Assembly: GCA_963836755.1 (NCBI GenBank)
Contig: CAWIKF010000002.1
Span: 224,001-288,000 of the forward strand
Length of the DNA: 64,000 bases
From: an uncultured Verrucomicrobiae bacterium
GTDB lineage: Bacteria > Verrucomicrobiota > Verrucomicrobiia > Chthoniobacterales > Chthoniobacteraceae
Reading direction: 5' to 3'
In this document: piece by piece, positions 36,611 to 46,753 of the stretch
Layout of the letters: each line of letters opens with the position of its first letter
Position numbering within the stretch: position 1 is the stretch's first letter
The notes under the pieces: generated by a model
Seen by the model: only the letters and a program-made list of their open reading frames with translations
The model's database searches: none
What the model was told of the DNA's origin: nothing
Translations under genes and position numbers: made by a program

Positions 36611-37357
36611 ATGCACCGTTTTTACATTCCGCCCGCGCAGTGGAATCTCGACCGGCTCGTGCTCGATGAGGGCGAGACGCATCACGCGACCGATGTGCTG
36701 CGGATGAAAGTTGGCGAGCGCGCGGTCGTCTTCAATGGCCGCGGCGCGGAGGCGACGGTGGAGATCGCGGCGATGGAAAAAAGTTCGGTGATGCTGCGCC
36801 GGCTGCACCACACATCGACCGCACCGCTCGCGTGCGCGATCACGCTCGGGCAGGCGATTCCGAAGGGAAAAAACATGGACCTGATCGTGCAAAAGGCGAC
36901 AGAGCTGGGCGCGGCCGCGATCGCACCGCTGCTGAGCGAGCGGACGGTGATTCAATTTGACGCGGACGAAGCGGCGAGAAAGCAGGCAAAGTGGCAGGCG
37001 GTCGCGATCGAGGCGGCGAAGCAATGCGGTCAAAATTGGCTGCCGCAAATCCATCGGCCTGCATCGCCGAGGGAATTTTTCCAAGCAGGTCATCGCTTCG
37101 ATTTCATGCTCATCGCGTCGCTGCAATCCGACTCGCTGCATTTAAAAAAACTGCTCGCGGAATTCAGCGGAAAAAATCCGGCGAGCGTGTTGATTCTTGT
37201 CGGCCCGGAAGGTGATTTTACGCCGGCGGAAATTGCGCTTGCGAAAAGCCACGGCTGCCGGCCGATCACGCTCGGCCCGATCATTCTCCGCACCGAGACA
37301 GCGGCGATTTATTGCCTCAGCGTCCTGAGCTACGAGCTCCTCTCCCGCGGCGGATGA
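36611..37357 (+). CDS. rsmE: 16S rRNA m3U1498 methyltransferase
   Basis: 'QKATELG', 'EAAKQCG', 'GPEGDF', 'LGPIILRTETA'. Confidence 0.95.
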   Translation: MHRFYIPPAQWNLDRLVLDEGETHHATDVLRMKVGERAVVFNGRGAEATVEIAAMEKSSVMLRRLHHTSTAPLACAITLGQAIPKGKNMDLIVQKATELGAAAIAPLLSERTVIQFDADEAARKQAKWQAVAIEAAKQCGQNWLPQIHRPASPREFFQAGHRFDFMLIASLQSDSLHLKKLLAEFSGKNPASVLILVGPEGDFTPAEIALAKSHGCRPITLGPIILRTETAAIYCLSVLSYELLSRGG

Positions 37358-38532
37358 GCAAGCCGCTTTCGGAAAAAGCGAAGCCAAAGTCGGGAATCTG
37401 GCTCCTCGTTTTTCTCGAAATTGCAGGCTTCGCGTTGCTCTATTTTCTTTCGGTCCGGCCGATGCTGAAAATCGTCGATGCGCGGCATTGGAATGCGACG
37501 CCGTGCGTGATCGTGAGCAGCCGCGTCGGGCGGCATCAGGGCAGCAAAGGCGGATACACTTACAGCGTCGATCTCGTTTATAATTACGCCGCGTCAGGGC
37601 AAATCCTCACGGGAGAGCGCTATGAATTTCTCGGCGGTTCATCCAGTGGCTATGCCGGAAAAGCGAAAGTCGTCGCGCAGTTTCCGCGCGGCATGCACAC
37701 GATTTGTTACGTCAATCCGCTCGATCCGTCAGATGCGGTGATCGAGCGCGGATTCACGTCGGATCTTTGGCTCGGATTGCTCCCGCTGGCGATGATCGGA
37801 TTTGGCGCGTTCGGGATTTTTTCTTTGAGAAAAAAAGCGAAAGCGCGTGACGCCGCTCCGTGGGAAACGGCTGGAATGCAGCATCCATCGGACTTTGCGG
37901 CCATTCCAGTCGCGCCGATTGAGATTCGTCCATCGTCCTCTCCGTTTGCGAAATTCGCCGGCGTGAGCGTCTTCGCGATTTTTTGGAACGGCTTCATCTT
38001 GTTCGTTATCGTCCAAAATTTTCAAAACCGGCACGGCGTGCTGCCCGATTGGGGACTCGCGCTATTCATGGTGCCGTTTGTGTTGGTCGGCGTCGGATTG
38101 CTCGCGATCGTGGTCTCGGCTTTTTTTTCCCTCTTCAATCCGCGCATCCACCTCACGATCAGTCCGGGCGCAGTCCCGCTCGGCGAACCTTTTAAATTAG
38201 AATGGAGAACGGAAGGCCGGATCGACCGGATTTCGCGGTTGCGAATCTGGCTTGAGGGGAGTGAAAATGCGACCTACCAAAGCGGCAAAAATACGACCAC
38301 CGCGAAGAATATTTTCTCGACGATCGAAATCGTAAACACGACGAGCCCCGAGGAATTTGCTGCGCGGGAGACGAGCCTCACGCTGCCGCGCCGAGCGATG
38401 CATTCGTTCGACTCGGGGAACAATAAAATCGTCTGGACGATCCGTGTCCGCGGCGAAATCGCGCGCTGGCCGGACGTGGCGGAAGATTTTCCGATGGCCG
38501 TTCTGCCGCTGCGAATGGAGGCGCGGCGATGA
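37354..38532 (+). CDS. DUF3592-like membrane protein with C-terminal beta-sandwich domain
   Basis: 'W...PCVIVSS...Y.Y...CYVNPLDPSDAV'; four TM segments; ATGA overlap with rsmE. Confidence 0.7.
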   Translation: MSKPLSEKAKPKSGIWLLVFLEIAGFALLYFLSVRPMLKIVDARHWNATPCVIVSSRVGRHQGSKGGYTYSVDLVYNYAASGQILTGERYEFLGGSSSGYAGKAKVVAQFPRGMHTICYVNPLDPSDAVIERGFTSDLWLGLLPLAMIGFGAFGIFSLRKKAKARDAAPWETAGMQHPSDFAAIPVAPIEIRPSSSPFAKFAGVSVFAIFWNGFILFVIVQNFQNRHGVLPDWGLALFMVPFVLVGVGLLAIVVSAFFSLFNPRIHLTISPGAVPLGEPFKLEWRTEGRIDRISRLRIWLEGSENATYQSGKNTTTAKNIFSTIEIVNTTSPEEFAARETSLTLPRRAMHSFDSGNNKIVWTIRVRGEIARWPDVAEDFPMAVLPLRMEARR

Positions 38533-38921
38533 CTGAAATGAAAATTGGCATGCGCAAGCAGCCCGCGGAATTTTCGCCGGGAGAGAAAATTGATGGCGCC
38601 GCGCAATGGCTGCTCGAGCGTGCGCCGACGGCGGTCGAGGTGCGGCTCCTCTGGCACACGCGCGGGCGCGGAACCGAGGATGTGAGCGTCGCGGAAACTG
38701 TGCGTTTTGATGCGCCGTTGCGCGACGAGACTCGCTCTTTCAGCGTCGTCGCGCCTGGCGCACCTTACAGTTTCTCGGGAAAGCTGATCACGCTGGAATG
38801 GGCTCTGGAGCTGGTTGCGCTGCCGTCTGAAGAAAATGCGCGCGTCGATATCGTGATCGCGCCGGACGGAAAATCGATCAATCTGTTGGAGCAAAGTTTA
38901 GACGAAAAAATCGCGGACTGA
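38529..38921 (+). CDS. Hypothetical beta-sandwich protein
   Basis: ATGA-coupled; 'PYSFSGKLITLEW' motif. Confidence 0.7.
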   Translation: MTEMKIGMRKQPAEFSPGEKIDGAAQWLLERAPTAVEVRLLWHTRGRGTEDVSVAETVRFDAPLRDETRSFSVVAPGAPYSFSGKLITLEWALELVALPSEENARVDIVIAPDGKSINLLEQSLDEKIAD

Positions 38922-38943
38922 AATCAAATCGAGCGACTTTTGT

Positions 38944-39819
38944 TCAGACAAAGTCGTGGACGTTGACGCCCTGCACGCTGCGGAGCTGCACGTCGCCGGC
39001 TTCCAGGCCGAGCGCGTTTTCGGCGACGCGCAAAAAATCGTCGGGCTTGTCGGTGAGGGCGATGTCGAGTTTTCCGAGATGATCCTCCGGCACCGAAAGT
39101 TTTTGTTTATTCAACAACTTTTTCACAGCGAGCGCGCAGTTGTGCGCCGAGTCGACAAGTTTGATTTCCGAGCCAGTGAATTTCTCGATTGAGGCAGCGA
39201 GCAGCGGATAGTGCGTGCAGCCGAGCACAAGCGTGTCGATGCCGGCGCGGACGATTTTTTCGAGGTAACGCCGGATGATCTGGTCGCTGATCGCATCGTC
39301 GAGCCAGCCTTGCTCGATGAGCGGGACGAGCATCGGACATGCTGCGCTCGTCACGCGCAGATCGGGGTCGAGCGCTTGGATGGCGCGTTCGTATGCGCGG
39401 GAATAAATGGTCGCGCGAGTGCCGATGACGCCGATGTTTCCGTTGCGCGTGGCGGCGACGGCGGCGCGCGCGCCGGGCTCGATCACGCCGACGATGGGCA
39501 CTTTTAAAATTTCCTGAAGCCGCGGAATGGCGAGCGCGGAAGCTGTATTACAGGCGACAACGATCATTTTCGCGTTCTCAGCGAGCAGCAGGCCGGTAAT
39601 TTCCACAGCATATCGCTCGATCGTCTCCTGACTTTTGCCGCCGTAGGGAACGCGCGCGGTGTCGCCGATGTAGAAAATGTCTTCGCCCGGCAGCAGGCTG
39701 CGCATCGCGCTGGCGACGGTGAGCCCGCCGATGCCGGAATCGAAAACGCCGATCGGCTGGACTTTTGGCTTTTCCTCCGCGGACGATTCCCGCGCGCGTT
39801 TCGGGCGCGGCGGTTTCAA
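38944..39819 (-). CDS. murI: Glutamate racemase
   Basis: 'IGVFDSGIGG', 'ACNTAS', 'LGCTHYP'; TTG start overlapping the amidase stop is inferred. Confidence 0.95.
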   Translation of the reverse strand: MKPPRPKRARESSAEEKPKVQPIGVFDSGIGGLTVASAMRSLLPGEDIFYIGDTARVPYGGKSQETIERYAVEITGLLLAENAKMIVVACNTASALAIPRLQEILKVPIVGVIEPGARAAVAATRNGNIGVIGTRATIYSRAYERAIQALDPDLRVTSAACPMLVPLIEQGWLDDAISDQIIRRYLEKIVRAGIDTLVLGCTHYPLLAASIEKFTGSEIKLVDSAHNCALAVKKLLNKQKLSVPEDHLGKLDIALTDKPDDFLRVAENALGLEAGDVQLRSVQGVNVHDFV

Positions 39820-40865
39820 TTGGCCGTCGGAATCACGACCATCGGCGCAGTCGGCTTTTTTGGTGCGTCGCCGTTGCCTGCGACGAGCGTCTGCGGCGTA
39901 TCGGGAGAAAGTGCGCGGCGGTAGTTTTGCACGGCGGTGACGATGCACGCGGCGAGGGTTTGACGATAAGAAACGCTGGCGATTTTCCGCGCGTCGTTTT
40001 CGTTGCTCAAAAATCCGCCTTCGATGAGGACGCCCGGAATTTTTATGTCGCGGATGACGACGAAGCGCGCGCGCTTGATGCCGCGATCGTAAAGCTGCGA
40101 GTGGCAGACGACGGAGGCGTGCATCGCGGTGGCGAGCGCCATGTTTTCGGCGTCGCAAACGTTGCCGGCGCACGGCTGCAGGTCGGAAAGGCGTGGGCCG
40201 TCAGCGGCCATCGACGGGACGCCGCGCGGCGCGAGCGTGTAGGTTTCGACGCCGCTCGCATTGGCGCCGCCGGAGTTGAAATGGATCGCGACGAAAAGCG
40301 CGTTCGGATATTGGTTGGCGATCCGCACGCGATCTTCGAGCGGGACGAAAATATCCGTCGCGCGTGTCATCACCACGTTCAGTCCGTTCTCCTCCAGCAA
40401 AGGCTTCGCACGGAGAGCCACGTCGAGCGCGTAAGTTTTTTCATTGCCCCAAAAACTCATCGCGCCGTTGTCATGCCCGCCGTGGCCGGGATCGAGCACG
40501 ATGGTGCTGACCTGTGCGGCGTCCTTGATTCGGCTCGGCCGCAGCACGGGCTCGATGACTTTCGTCAAGTCCATCCGCGACACGATCGGCTGGCCCTCGT
40601 ATTCGGAAATCGGGTAGCTGAGGATGAACTTCAGGTTGTTGATGAAAAGTTCGTTCGAGCCGGTCGAGCCGCGCAGGCTGCGATTCGGCTGGCCCATTTG
40701 AAGGCTGTTGCTGACGCGCTGCACGCGGCCGAGGCCGTAAAAGTCCGCCAGGTTTTGCAGCGTCACGTGATCGCGCCCGCCGCATTTGATCAGCTTCCAA
40801 TCCTCTGCCCGCGCGGTCGCGAGGGAGACGAGGACGAAAAAAAAGACGAGTCGGGGCCGGCGCAT
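39816..40865 (-). CDS. N-acetylmuramoyl-L-alanine amidase (Amidase_3)
   Basis: 'LDPGHGGHD', 'EK', 'IHFNS', 'LIEGGFLSN'; signal peptide. Confidence 0.93.
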   Translation of the reverse strand: MRRPRLVFFFVLVSLATARAEDWKLIKCGGRDHVTLQNLADFYGLGRVQRVSNSLQMGQPNRSLRGSTGSNELFINNLKFILSYPISEYEGQPIVSRMDLTKVIEPVLRPSRIKDAAQVSTIVLDPGHGGHDNGAMSFWGNEKTYALDVALRAKPLLEENGLNVVMTRATDIFVPLEDRVRIANQYPNALFVAIHFNSGGANASGVETYTLAPRGVPSMAADGPRLSDLQPCAGNVCDAENMALATAMHASVVCHSQLYDRGIKRARFVVIRDIKIPGVLIEGGFLSNENDARKIASVSYRQTLAACIVTAVQNYRRALSPDTPQTLVAGNGDAPKKPTAPMVVIPTAN

Positions 40866-40977
40866 CGCGGGGCAAAAAGTGCCTCCCTGCGCGGCGCAAG
40901 GCAAGCGTTTTTCAGGCTCGTCGCGGCAGCCGCTTCGCATTTACAAAGCCGGCTTTTTCGCCAGATTGAACACCCGC

Positions 40978-43846
40978 ATGTCAGAGATTCCGAAAACCTA
41001 TGAGCCCGCCGCCGTGGAGGAAAAGTGGTATGCCGATTGGCTCGCGCACGATTTTTTCACGGCCGACCCGCACTCCGCGAAGCCCGCGTATTCGATCGTC
41101 ATCCCGCCGCCAAACGTCACTGGCGTCCTCACGCTCGGCCATGTGCTGAACAACACCATCCAGGACATCCTCGCCCGCCGCGCGCGCATGCTCGGGCGCG
41201 AGGTGCTCTGGCTGCCCGGCACCGATCACGCGGGCATCGCCACGCAAACGGTCGTCGAGCGGACGTTGAAGAAGCAGGGCAAAATCCGGCATCGCGACGA
41301 CCTCGGTCGCGAAAAGTTCTTGGAGGAAGTCTGGAAATGGAAAGATGAAAAAGGCGGCATCATCATCCAGCAGCTCAAAAAACTCGGCTGCTCGTGCGAT
41401 TGGTCGCGCGAGCGCTTCACGATGGATGCGGAATACTCGCGGTGCGTGCAGCGCGTCTTCGTCGATCTTTATAAAAAAGGGTTGATCTATCGCGGCAAGC
41501 GGATGGTCAATTGGTGCCCCGTCTCGCTCACCGCGCTCAGCGACGAAGAAGTCATCATGAAGCCGCAGAACGGCACGATGTATTTTTTCAAAGTCGAGGT
41601 CGCGGAGCTGCCGGGCACCTTTTTGACCATCGCGACAACGCGGCCCGAGACGATCCCCGGCGACACCGCCATCGCCGTCAATCCGCGCGACACGCGCTAC
41701 GCGCATCTCCTCGGCAAACACGTCCGCCGTCCGCTGCCGATCCAGATTCCCGATGCGGAAAAGTTGATCCCGATCATCGGCGACGAGCACGTGGAGTTTG
41801 AGTTCGGCACCGGCGTCTTAAAAGTCACGCCCGCGCACGACAAAGCCGACTTTGAAATCGGCCAGCGGCACAACCTTGCCGTCGTCGACATCATGAATCC
41901 CGACGGCACCATGAACGCGCTCGCCGGCGAATCGCTCGCCGGCCTCGACCGCTTCGAGGCGCGCAACGTCGCCGTCGATCACCTGCGCGCGCTTGGCGTG
42001 CTCGTCAAAGAAGAGCCGTATCAAAACAACGTCGGCTACAGCGAACGCGCCGACGTGCCGATCGAGCCGCGTCTGAGCGAGCAATGGTTTTTGAAATATC
42101 CGAGCGTGGAAGAAGCGCGTGCATGCGTGGCGGGTGCCGCGATGCACTTTTACCCCGAGCGTTGGGCGAAAGTTTACGACCATTGGCTCGGCGGCATTCA
42201 GGACTGGTGCATCTCGCGTCAGCTCTGGTGGGGGCATCGCGTGCCGGTGTGGTATCGCCGGGGGGCCACTCAACAGGAAAACGGTGCGCAAAATGTCTCA
42301 AATCAAGGAGACGAGCAGGCACTTCAAGCCGAGGGAAAGTCACTTCAAAGCCAACAAAGGGCGGTTCAAGACAAAGAAAAGGCAGTTCAAAGCCTGGATC
42401 AGCCGCTCCAGCGCGTCGTGATGTCGCAGCCTTCAGATTTGAGTTCAGTTTCCTCATCCGTGACGCGTGAGATCCGCGTCGCAGTAGAACCGCCCGCCGA
42501 TCCGGAGAACTGGGAGCAAGACCCCGACGTGCTCGACACATGGTTCAGCTCGTGGCTTTGGCCCTTTGCGACGATGGGCTGGCCGGAGACAGACCGAGAC
42601 GCTGGCAAAGTTTTACCCGACCACCGACCTCGTCACCGGGCCGGACATCATTTTTTTCTGGGTCGCGCGAATGATCATGGCGGGGTTCGAGTGGATGGGC
42701 GAGATGCCGTTTCGCAACGTCTATTTCACCGGCATCATCCGCGACAAACAGGGCCGCAAAATGTCGAAGTCGCTCGGCAATTCGCCCGACCCGCTCGACC
42801 TCATCGCGAAGTTCGGCGCGGATGCGCTCCGCTTCGGCGTGATGCGCAGCGCGCCGCTCGGCGCCGACGTTTTGTTCGATGAAAAAAACGTCGAGCTCGG
42901 CCGGAACTTTTGCACAAAGCTCTGGAACGCCGCGCGTTTCCGCCAAATGCACGGCGGCGAAACAGAAGCCGAGATCGACCCCGCGCTGCTCACGAGCGAT
43001 GACAAATGGATCCTGCTGCGGCTCGATGCGGCCATTGCCGAAATCTCGGCGGCGCTCGACGAATACCGCTTCAGTGATGCGGCGCAGGCGATCCATCGCT
43101 TTTTCTGGAACGAGTTTTGCGATTGGTATCTCGAGGCGGCGAAGGCCGCGCTTTACGGGCCCGACGCCGCGCGAAAGGTAAACACGCTCGCCGTGATCGA
43201 TTTTACTCTCGCGCAGACGCTGCGGCTCATGCACCCGTTTTTGCCGTTCATCACCGAGGAGCTCTGGCACGCGCTCGGCTTCAATGCCGACATGCCCGAC
43301 GCGCAGGGCGGCCGCACGATTATGTTCGCGCCGTGGCCGACGCCGCTCGGCGTGGATTTCAAGACGCGCTACGGGCTCGACGAGTCGGATGAAAAGTTCG
43401 CGGCCGCGAAATATGCCGCCGTCGAGAAAGGCCGCGCGCTGCGGCGCGACGCGCACATCGCGAGCAACATGCGCACGCCATTCGTGCTGAAGCCGCACGC
43501 GCCGCTGCCGGAGCACGAGGCCGTGGTGCTGCGGATTTTGCTCAATGCCGAGCCGCTCGATGTTCTCGAAAGTTACGAAGCCCCGCGCGGGACGCCGGTC
43601 GCGTTGACGGACCTGGGTGAACTTTTCTTGCCGCTCGCCGGGCTCGTCGATGTGGACGCCGAGCGCGAGCGTTTGCAAAAAGAGACGGCGAAAGTGGAAG
43701 ACGAACTCGCGAAGGTTCGTGCGAAACTGGCGAACCCGAACTTCGCCGACAAAGTTCCGCCCGCGGTGCTCGCCGAGCATCGCCAGCGCGAAGTCGCGTG
43801 GGCGGAAAAGCTCGCGCAGCTCACGAAAATGCGCGACGCACTTTAG
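40978..43846 (+). CDS. valS: Valine--tRNA ligase (one apparent frameshift at about 42589)
   Basis: PPPNVTG, DWCISRQLWWGH, DVLDTWFSS, KMSKS, C-terminal coiled coil; deleting one base gives a continuous 955-aa frame. Confidence 0.95.
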
Positions 43847-43861
43847 CGCCCCTCCCGCTGT

Positions 43862-45172
43862 TTATTCTTTAACGCCGCGATACGAATCGCGCGCCGCGTC
43901 GTAGATAACCCGCAGCGGCTGTCCGGATTTTTCGCTCGCCGCGCGACAACTTTCAAACTCCGGCGCAACCTGAATAATCGTGCCGTCTTTTAAACCAAGT
44001 TTGACCACAATCTCGCCAAACGGCGTCGGCACGCTTTCAAAACGCCGCTCGAGTTTCAACCGCTGCACTTGATCCATGCGCACGCCGAATGACGTCGTCT
44101 CGGCGAAGACGATGTCGGCGATTTTCTGCACGCCATTGTTTTCGCAAAGCACGCTGAGCTGGACGCCGGGGCGATTCTTTTTCATGTGGATCGGCGTAAA
44201 AAAAACGTCGAGCGCGCCTGCGGCGAAAAGTTTCTCCATCGCCGCGCCGGTGATCTCGGGCGAAAGATCATCGATGTTCGTCTCGATGCGCGTGATCGTG
44301 TCGGTCCCGCAGCCGCCCGCGGCGTCGAGCTCGCCGAGCACCGCGCGCAGCACGTTCGGCCGGTCGGGAAAGGTGCGCGAGCCGACGCCGTAGCCGATTT
44401 TCTCGATTTTCATCCGCGGCATCGGCCCGAACTTTTCCGCGAACTCCGCGACGATCGCCGCTCCGGTCGGCGTGATCATTTCAAAACGGAGATCGATTTG
44501 CTCGAGCGCGATGCCTTGCAAAATCCCTAGTGTCGCCGGCGCAGGCACCGGAAAACGCCCGTGCGCGGTGTGAGTAAATCCGCGTCCGTCAACCAGCGGC
44601 GCGACAAAGATGCGCTCGACGCCGAGCGCCTCGATTCCCGCGCAAACGCAGATCACATCAGCGATGGAGTCGAGCCCGCCTACTTCATGAAAGACGACGT
44701 CGTCTGTTTTGATGCCGTGGATTTTTCCTTCCGCGACGGCGATGCGCGCGAACATGGACAAAGCATGTTGTTTAATAAACGCCGACAGGTCGCTCGCCTC
44801 GAGCAGCGCCTTGATCTCGCGGTAGCTGCGCGTCTGCTCGTCGTGATGATGATGCCCGGAATGTTCGTGCGAATGCTCATGACCATGATGCTCGTGGCCG
44901 TGATGTTCCTCTGTTTCGTGCGCGCATTTTTGGTGATGCAAATGATCGTGCTCCCCCGGCTCGTGCGTGTGCGTCGCGCCTTCGTGGATGCCGAATTTCA
45001 CGCCGTCAATGTGTTGCCGCGACTGCCGCTCGAAGTGCATGTGAAAGTCGCCGATCTCGAGCTTCGAGAGCTCCCACTCGAACGCGGAAGGTTTCACGCC
45101 GAGGTCGCAAAGCGCGCCGACCGTCATGTCGCCGCTGATGCCGGAAAAACAATCGAGAAAGAGAACGCGCAT
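43862..45172 (-). CDS. larC: Nickel-pincer cofactor biosynthesis protein LarC
   Basis: 'DCFSGISGDM', His-rich segment, 'FHEVG', 'TPTGAA', 'ETNIDD', 'MKKNRPG', 'ETTSFGVR'. Confidence 0.93.
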   Translation of the reverse strand: MRVLFLDCFSGISGDMTVGALCDLGVKPSAFEWELSKLEIGDFHMHFERQSRQHIDGVKFGIHEGATHTHEPGEHDHLHHQKCAHETEEHHGHEHHGHEHSHEHSGHHHHDEQTRSYREIKALLEASDLSAFIKQHALSMFARIAVAEGKIHGIKTDDVVFHEVGGLDSIADVICVCAGIEALGVERIFVAPLVDGRGFTHTAHGRFPVPAPATLGILQGIALEQIDLRFEMITPTGAAIVAEFAEKFGPMPRMKIEKIGYGVGSRTFPDRPNVLRAVLGELDAAGGCGTDTITRIETNIDDLSPEITGAAMEKLFAAGALDVFFTPIHMKKNRPGVQLSVLCENNGVQKIADIVFAETTSFGVRMDQVQRLKLERRFESVPTPFGEIVVKLGLKDGTIIQVAPEFESCRAASEKSGQPLRVIYDAARDSYRGVKE

Positions 45173-45283
45173 GCGCGAAGCTTCCACGCGGTCGCGGAAA
45201 TTTCACTGCTTTTGTTCCCGCTCGCGCGAACGTCACTTTGCAAAAGCCGCAATTCGGTTCAATCTCACGCTTCTTTTTTTAAG

Positions 45284-46750
45284 ATGGATTCCGAACAGCC
45301 ACTGCACGATCTCATCGCCGTCCGCCGGCAGAAGCTCGCGTCGCTCCGCGAGCTCGGCGTGGAGCCGTTTGGCGGGAAATTTGAAACCAGCGGCACGATC
45401 GCGGAAATCCGCGCGCGCTTCGCGGAAGGCAACCATGAAAAGATCGCCGGCCGCGTGACCGCGCACCGCGACATGGGCAAAAGTCACTTCCTCGATTTGA
45501 GCGACGCGAGCGGCCGGATGCAGATTTTTGTGAACGCGAAAGAGATTGGGCCGGAGCAACTGGAGGTTTTCAAACTCCTCGACCTCGCGGACTTTATCGG
45601 CGTCGAGGGCGAGACTTTTCTGACGAAAACAGGCGAGCCGAGCGTGCGCGCCAAAAGTTTAACATTCTTAAGCAAAGCGCTGCGGCCGATGCCAGGCGGC
45701 TGGTATGGCCTCGCCGATGTCGAGCAGCGCTACCGGCAGCGTTACCTCGACTTGATCGCGAATGAAAAATCGCGCGAGGTTTTCAAAAAACGGATCGCGA
45801 TCGTGCGGGGCATCCGCGACTTTTTGCACGCGCGCGGCTTCATCGAGGTCGAGACGCCGATGATGCAGACTGTCGCCGGCGGCGCAGCGGCGCAACCGTT
45901 TCGCACGCATCACAACGCGCTCGGGCTCGATCTTTTTCTGCGCATCGCGCCGGAGCTTTATTTAAAGAGATTGCTCGTCGGCGGCTTCGACAAAATCTTT
46001 GAGCTGAATCGAAATTTCCGCAACGAAGGCATCTCGCGCCGCCACAATCCAGAGTTCACGATGCTCGAGGCGTATTGGGCTTTTGCCGATTTCGAGCAGA
46101 TGGCCGAGCTGGTGGAGGAGATGATCTGCACGCTCGCGGAGAAAGTTTGCGGCGGATTGAAAATCGAGCATCGCGATGCGGACGGAAGCGTCGTGCGCAC
46201 GATCGATCTTTCGCGCCCGTGGCGCCGGAAGCCTTATCGCGACTTGATTCGCGAGGCAGCGGGTGGGAATTGGTTTGAAATCACGAGCGAACAGCGACGT
46301 GCGCGGGCGGGCGAACTCGGCGTGCAAATTTCTCCCGAGATGGCGGACTTTGAAGTGACGCAGCAGGTCTTTGAAAAGCTCGTGGAGGAAAAAACTTTTG
46401 ACCCGCTTTTCGTGACGCATTGCCCGAAGGAATTGGTTCCGCTCGCGAAGCAAAATCGCGACGACAGCTCGCTCGTCGATGTCTATGAACTGGTCATCAA
46501 CGGCCAGGAAATTTCGCCCGGTTATTCCGAGCTCAATGATCCGATCGTCCAGCGCGAGCGGCTCGAACATCAGGCCGGCGAGGAGCAGCAAAACATCGAT
46601 GAGGATTTCCTCGCGGCTCTTGAACACGGCATGCCGCCGGCGGGCGGAATCGGCATCGGCATTGATCGGCTGGTCATGATGCTGACGGGCGCGGAGTCGA
46701 TCCGCGACGTGATCTTTTTCCCGCATCTCAAGCCAAAATCGGACGCGTAA
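45284..46750 (+). CDS. lysS: Lysine--tRNA ligase (class II)
   Basis: 'RYRQRYLDL', 'LRIAPELYLKRL', 'FRNEG...HNPEFT', 'GMPPAGGIGIGIDRL'. Confidence 0.97.
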   Translation: MDSEQPLHDLIAVRRQKLASLRELGVEPFGGKFETSGTIAEIRARFAEGNHEKIAGRVTAHRDMGKSHFLDLSDASGRMQIFVNAKEIGPEQLEVFKLLDLADFIGVEGETFLTKTGEPSVRAKSLTFLSKALRPMPGGWYGLADVEQRYRQRYLDLIANEKSREVFKKRIAIVRGIRDFLHARGFIEVETPMMQTVAGGAAAQPFRTHHNALGLDLFLRIAPELYLKRLLVGGFDKIFELNRNFRNEGISRRHNPEFTMLEAYWAFADFEQMAELVEEMICTLAEKVCGGLKIEHRDADGSVVRTIDLSRPWRRKPYRDLIREAAGGNWFEITSEQRRARAGELGVQISPEMADFEVTQQVFEKLVEEKTFDPLFVTHCPKELVPLAKQNRDDSSLVDVYELVINGQEISPGYSELNDPIVQRERLEHQAGEEQQNIDEDFLAALEHGMPPAGGIGIGIDRLVMMLTGAESIRDVIFFPHLKPKSDA

Positions 46751-46753
46751 ATT

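Noticed and set aside
41125..41145. ValRS HIGH motif reads TLGH
   Set aside because: Variation at the first HIGH position is tolerated in class I synthetases, and all other motifs are intact
42560..42620. Programmed frameshift or split valS
   Set aside because: No slippery heptamer or stimulatory structure; it matches the other single-base insertions nearby
44840..44970. Short tandem repeats in larC
   Set aside because: Explained by the His-rich tract typical of LarC
44561..45283. N-terminal extension of the lysS ORF to 729 aa
   Set aside because: It is antisense to larC; LysRS similarity begins at ATG 45284. The same applies to the extensions on sigma (29965), murI (40173), uraD (59321), rnc (14704) and valS (40786)
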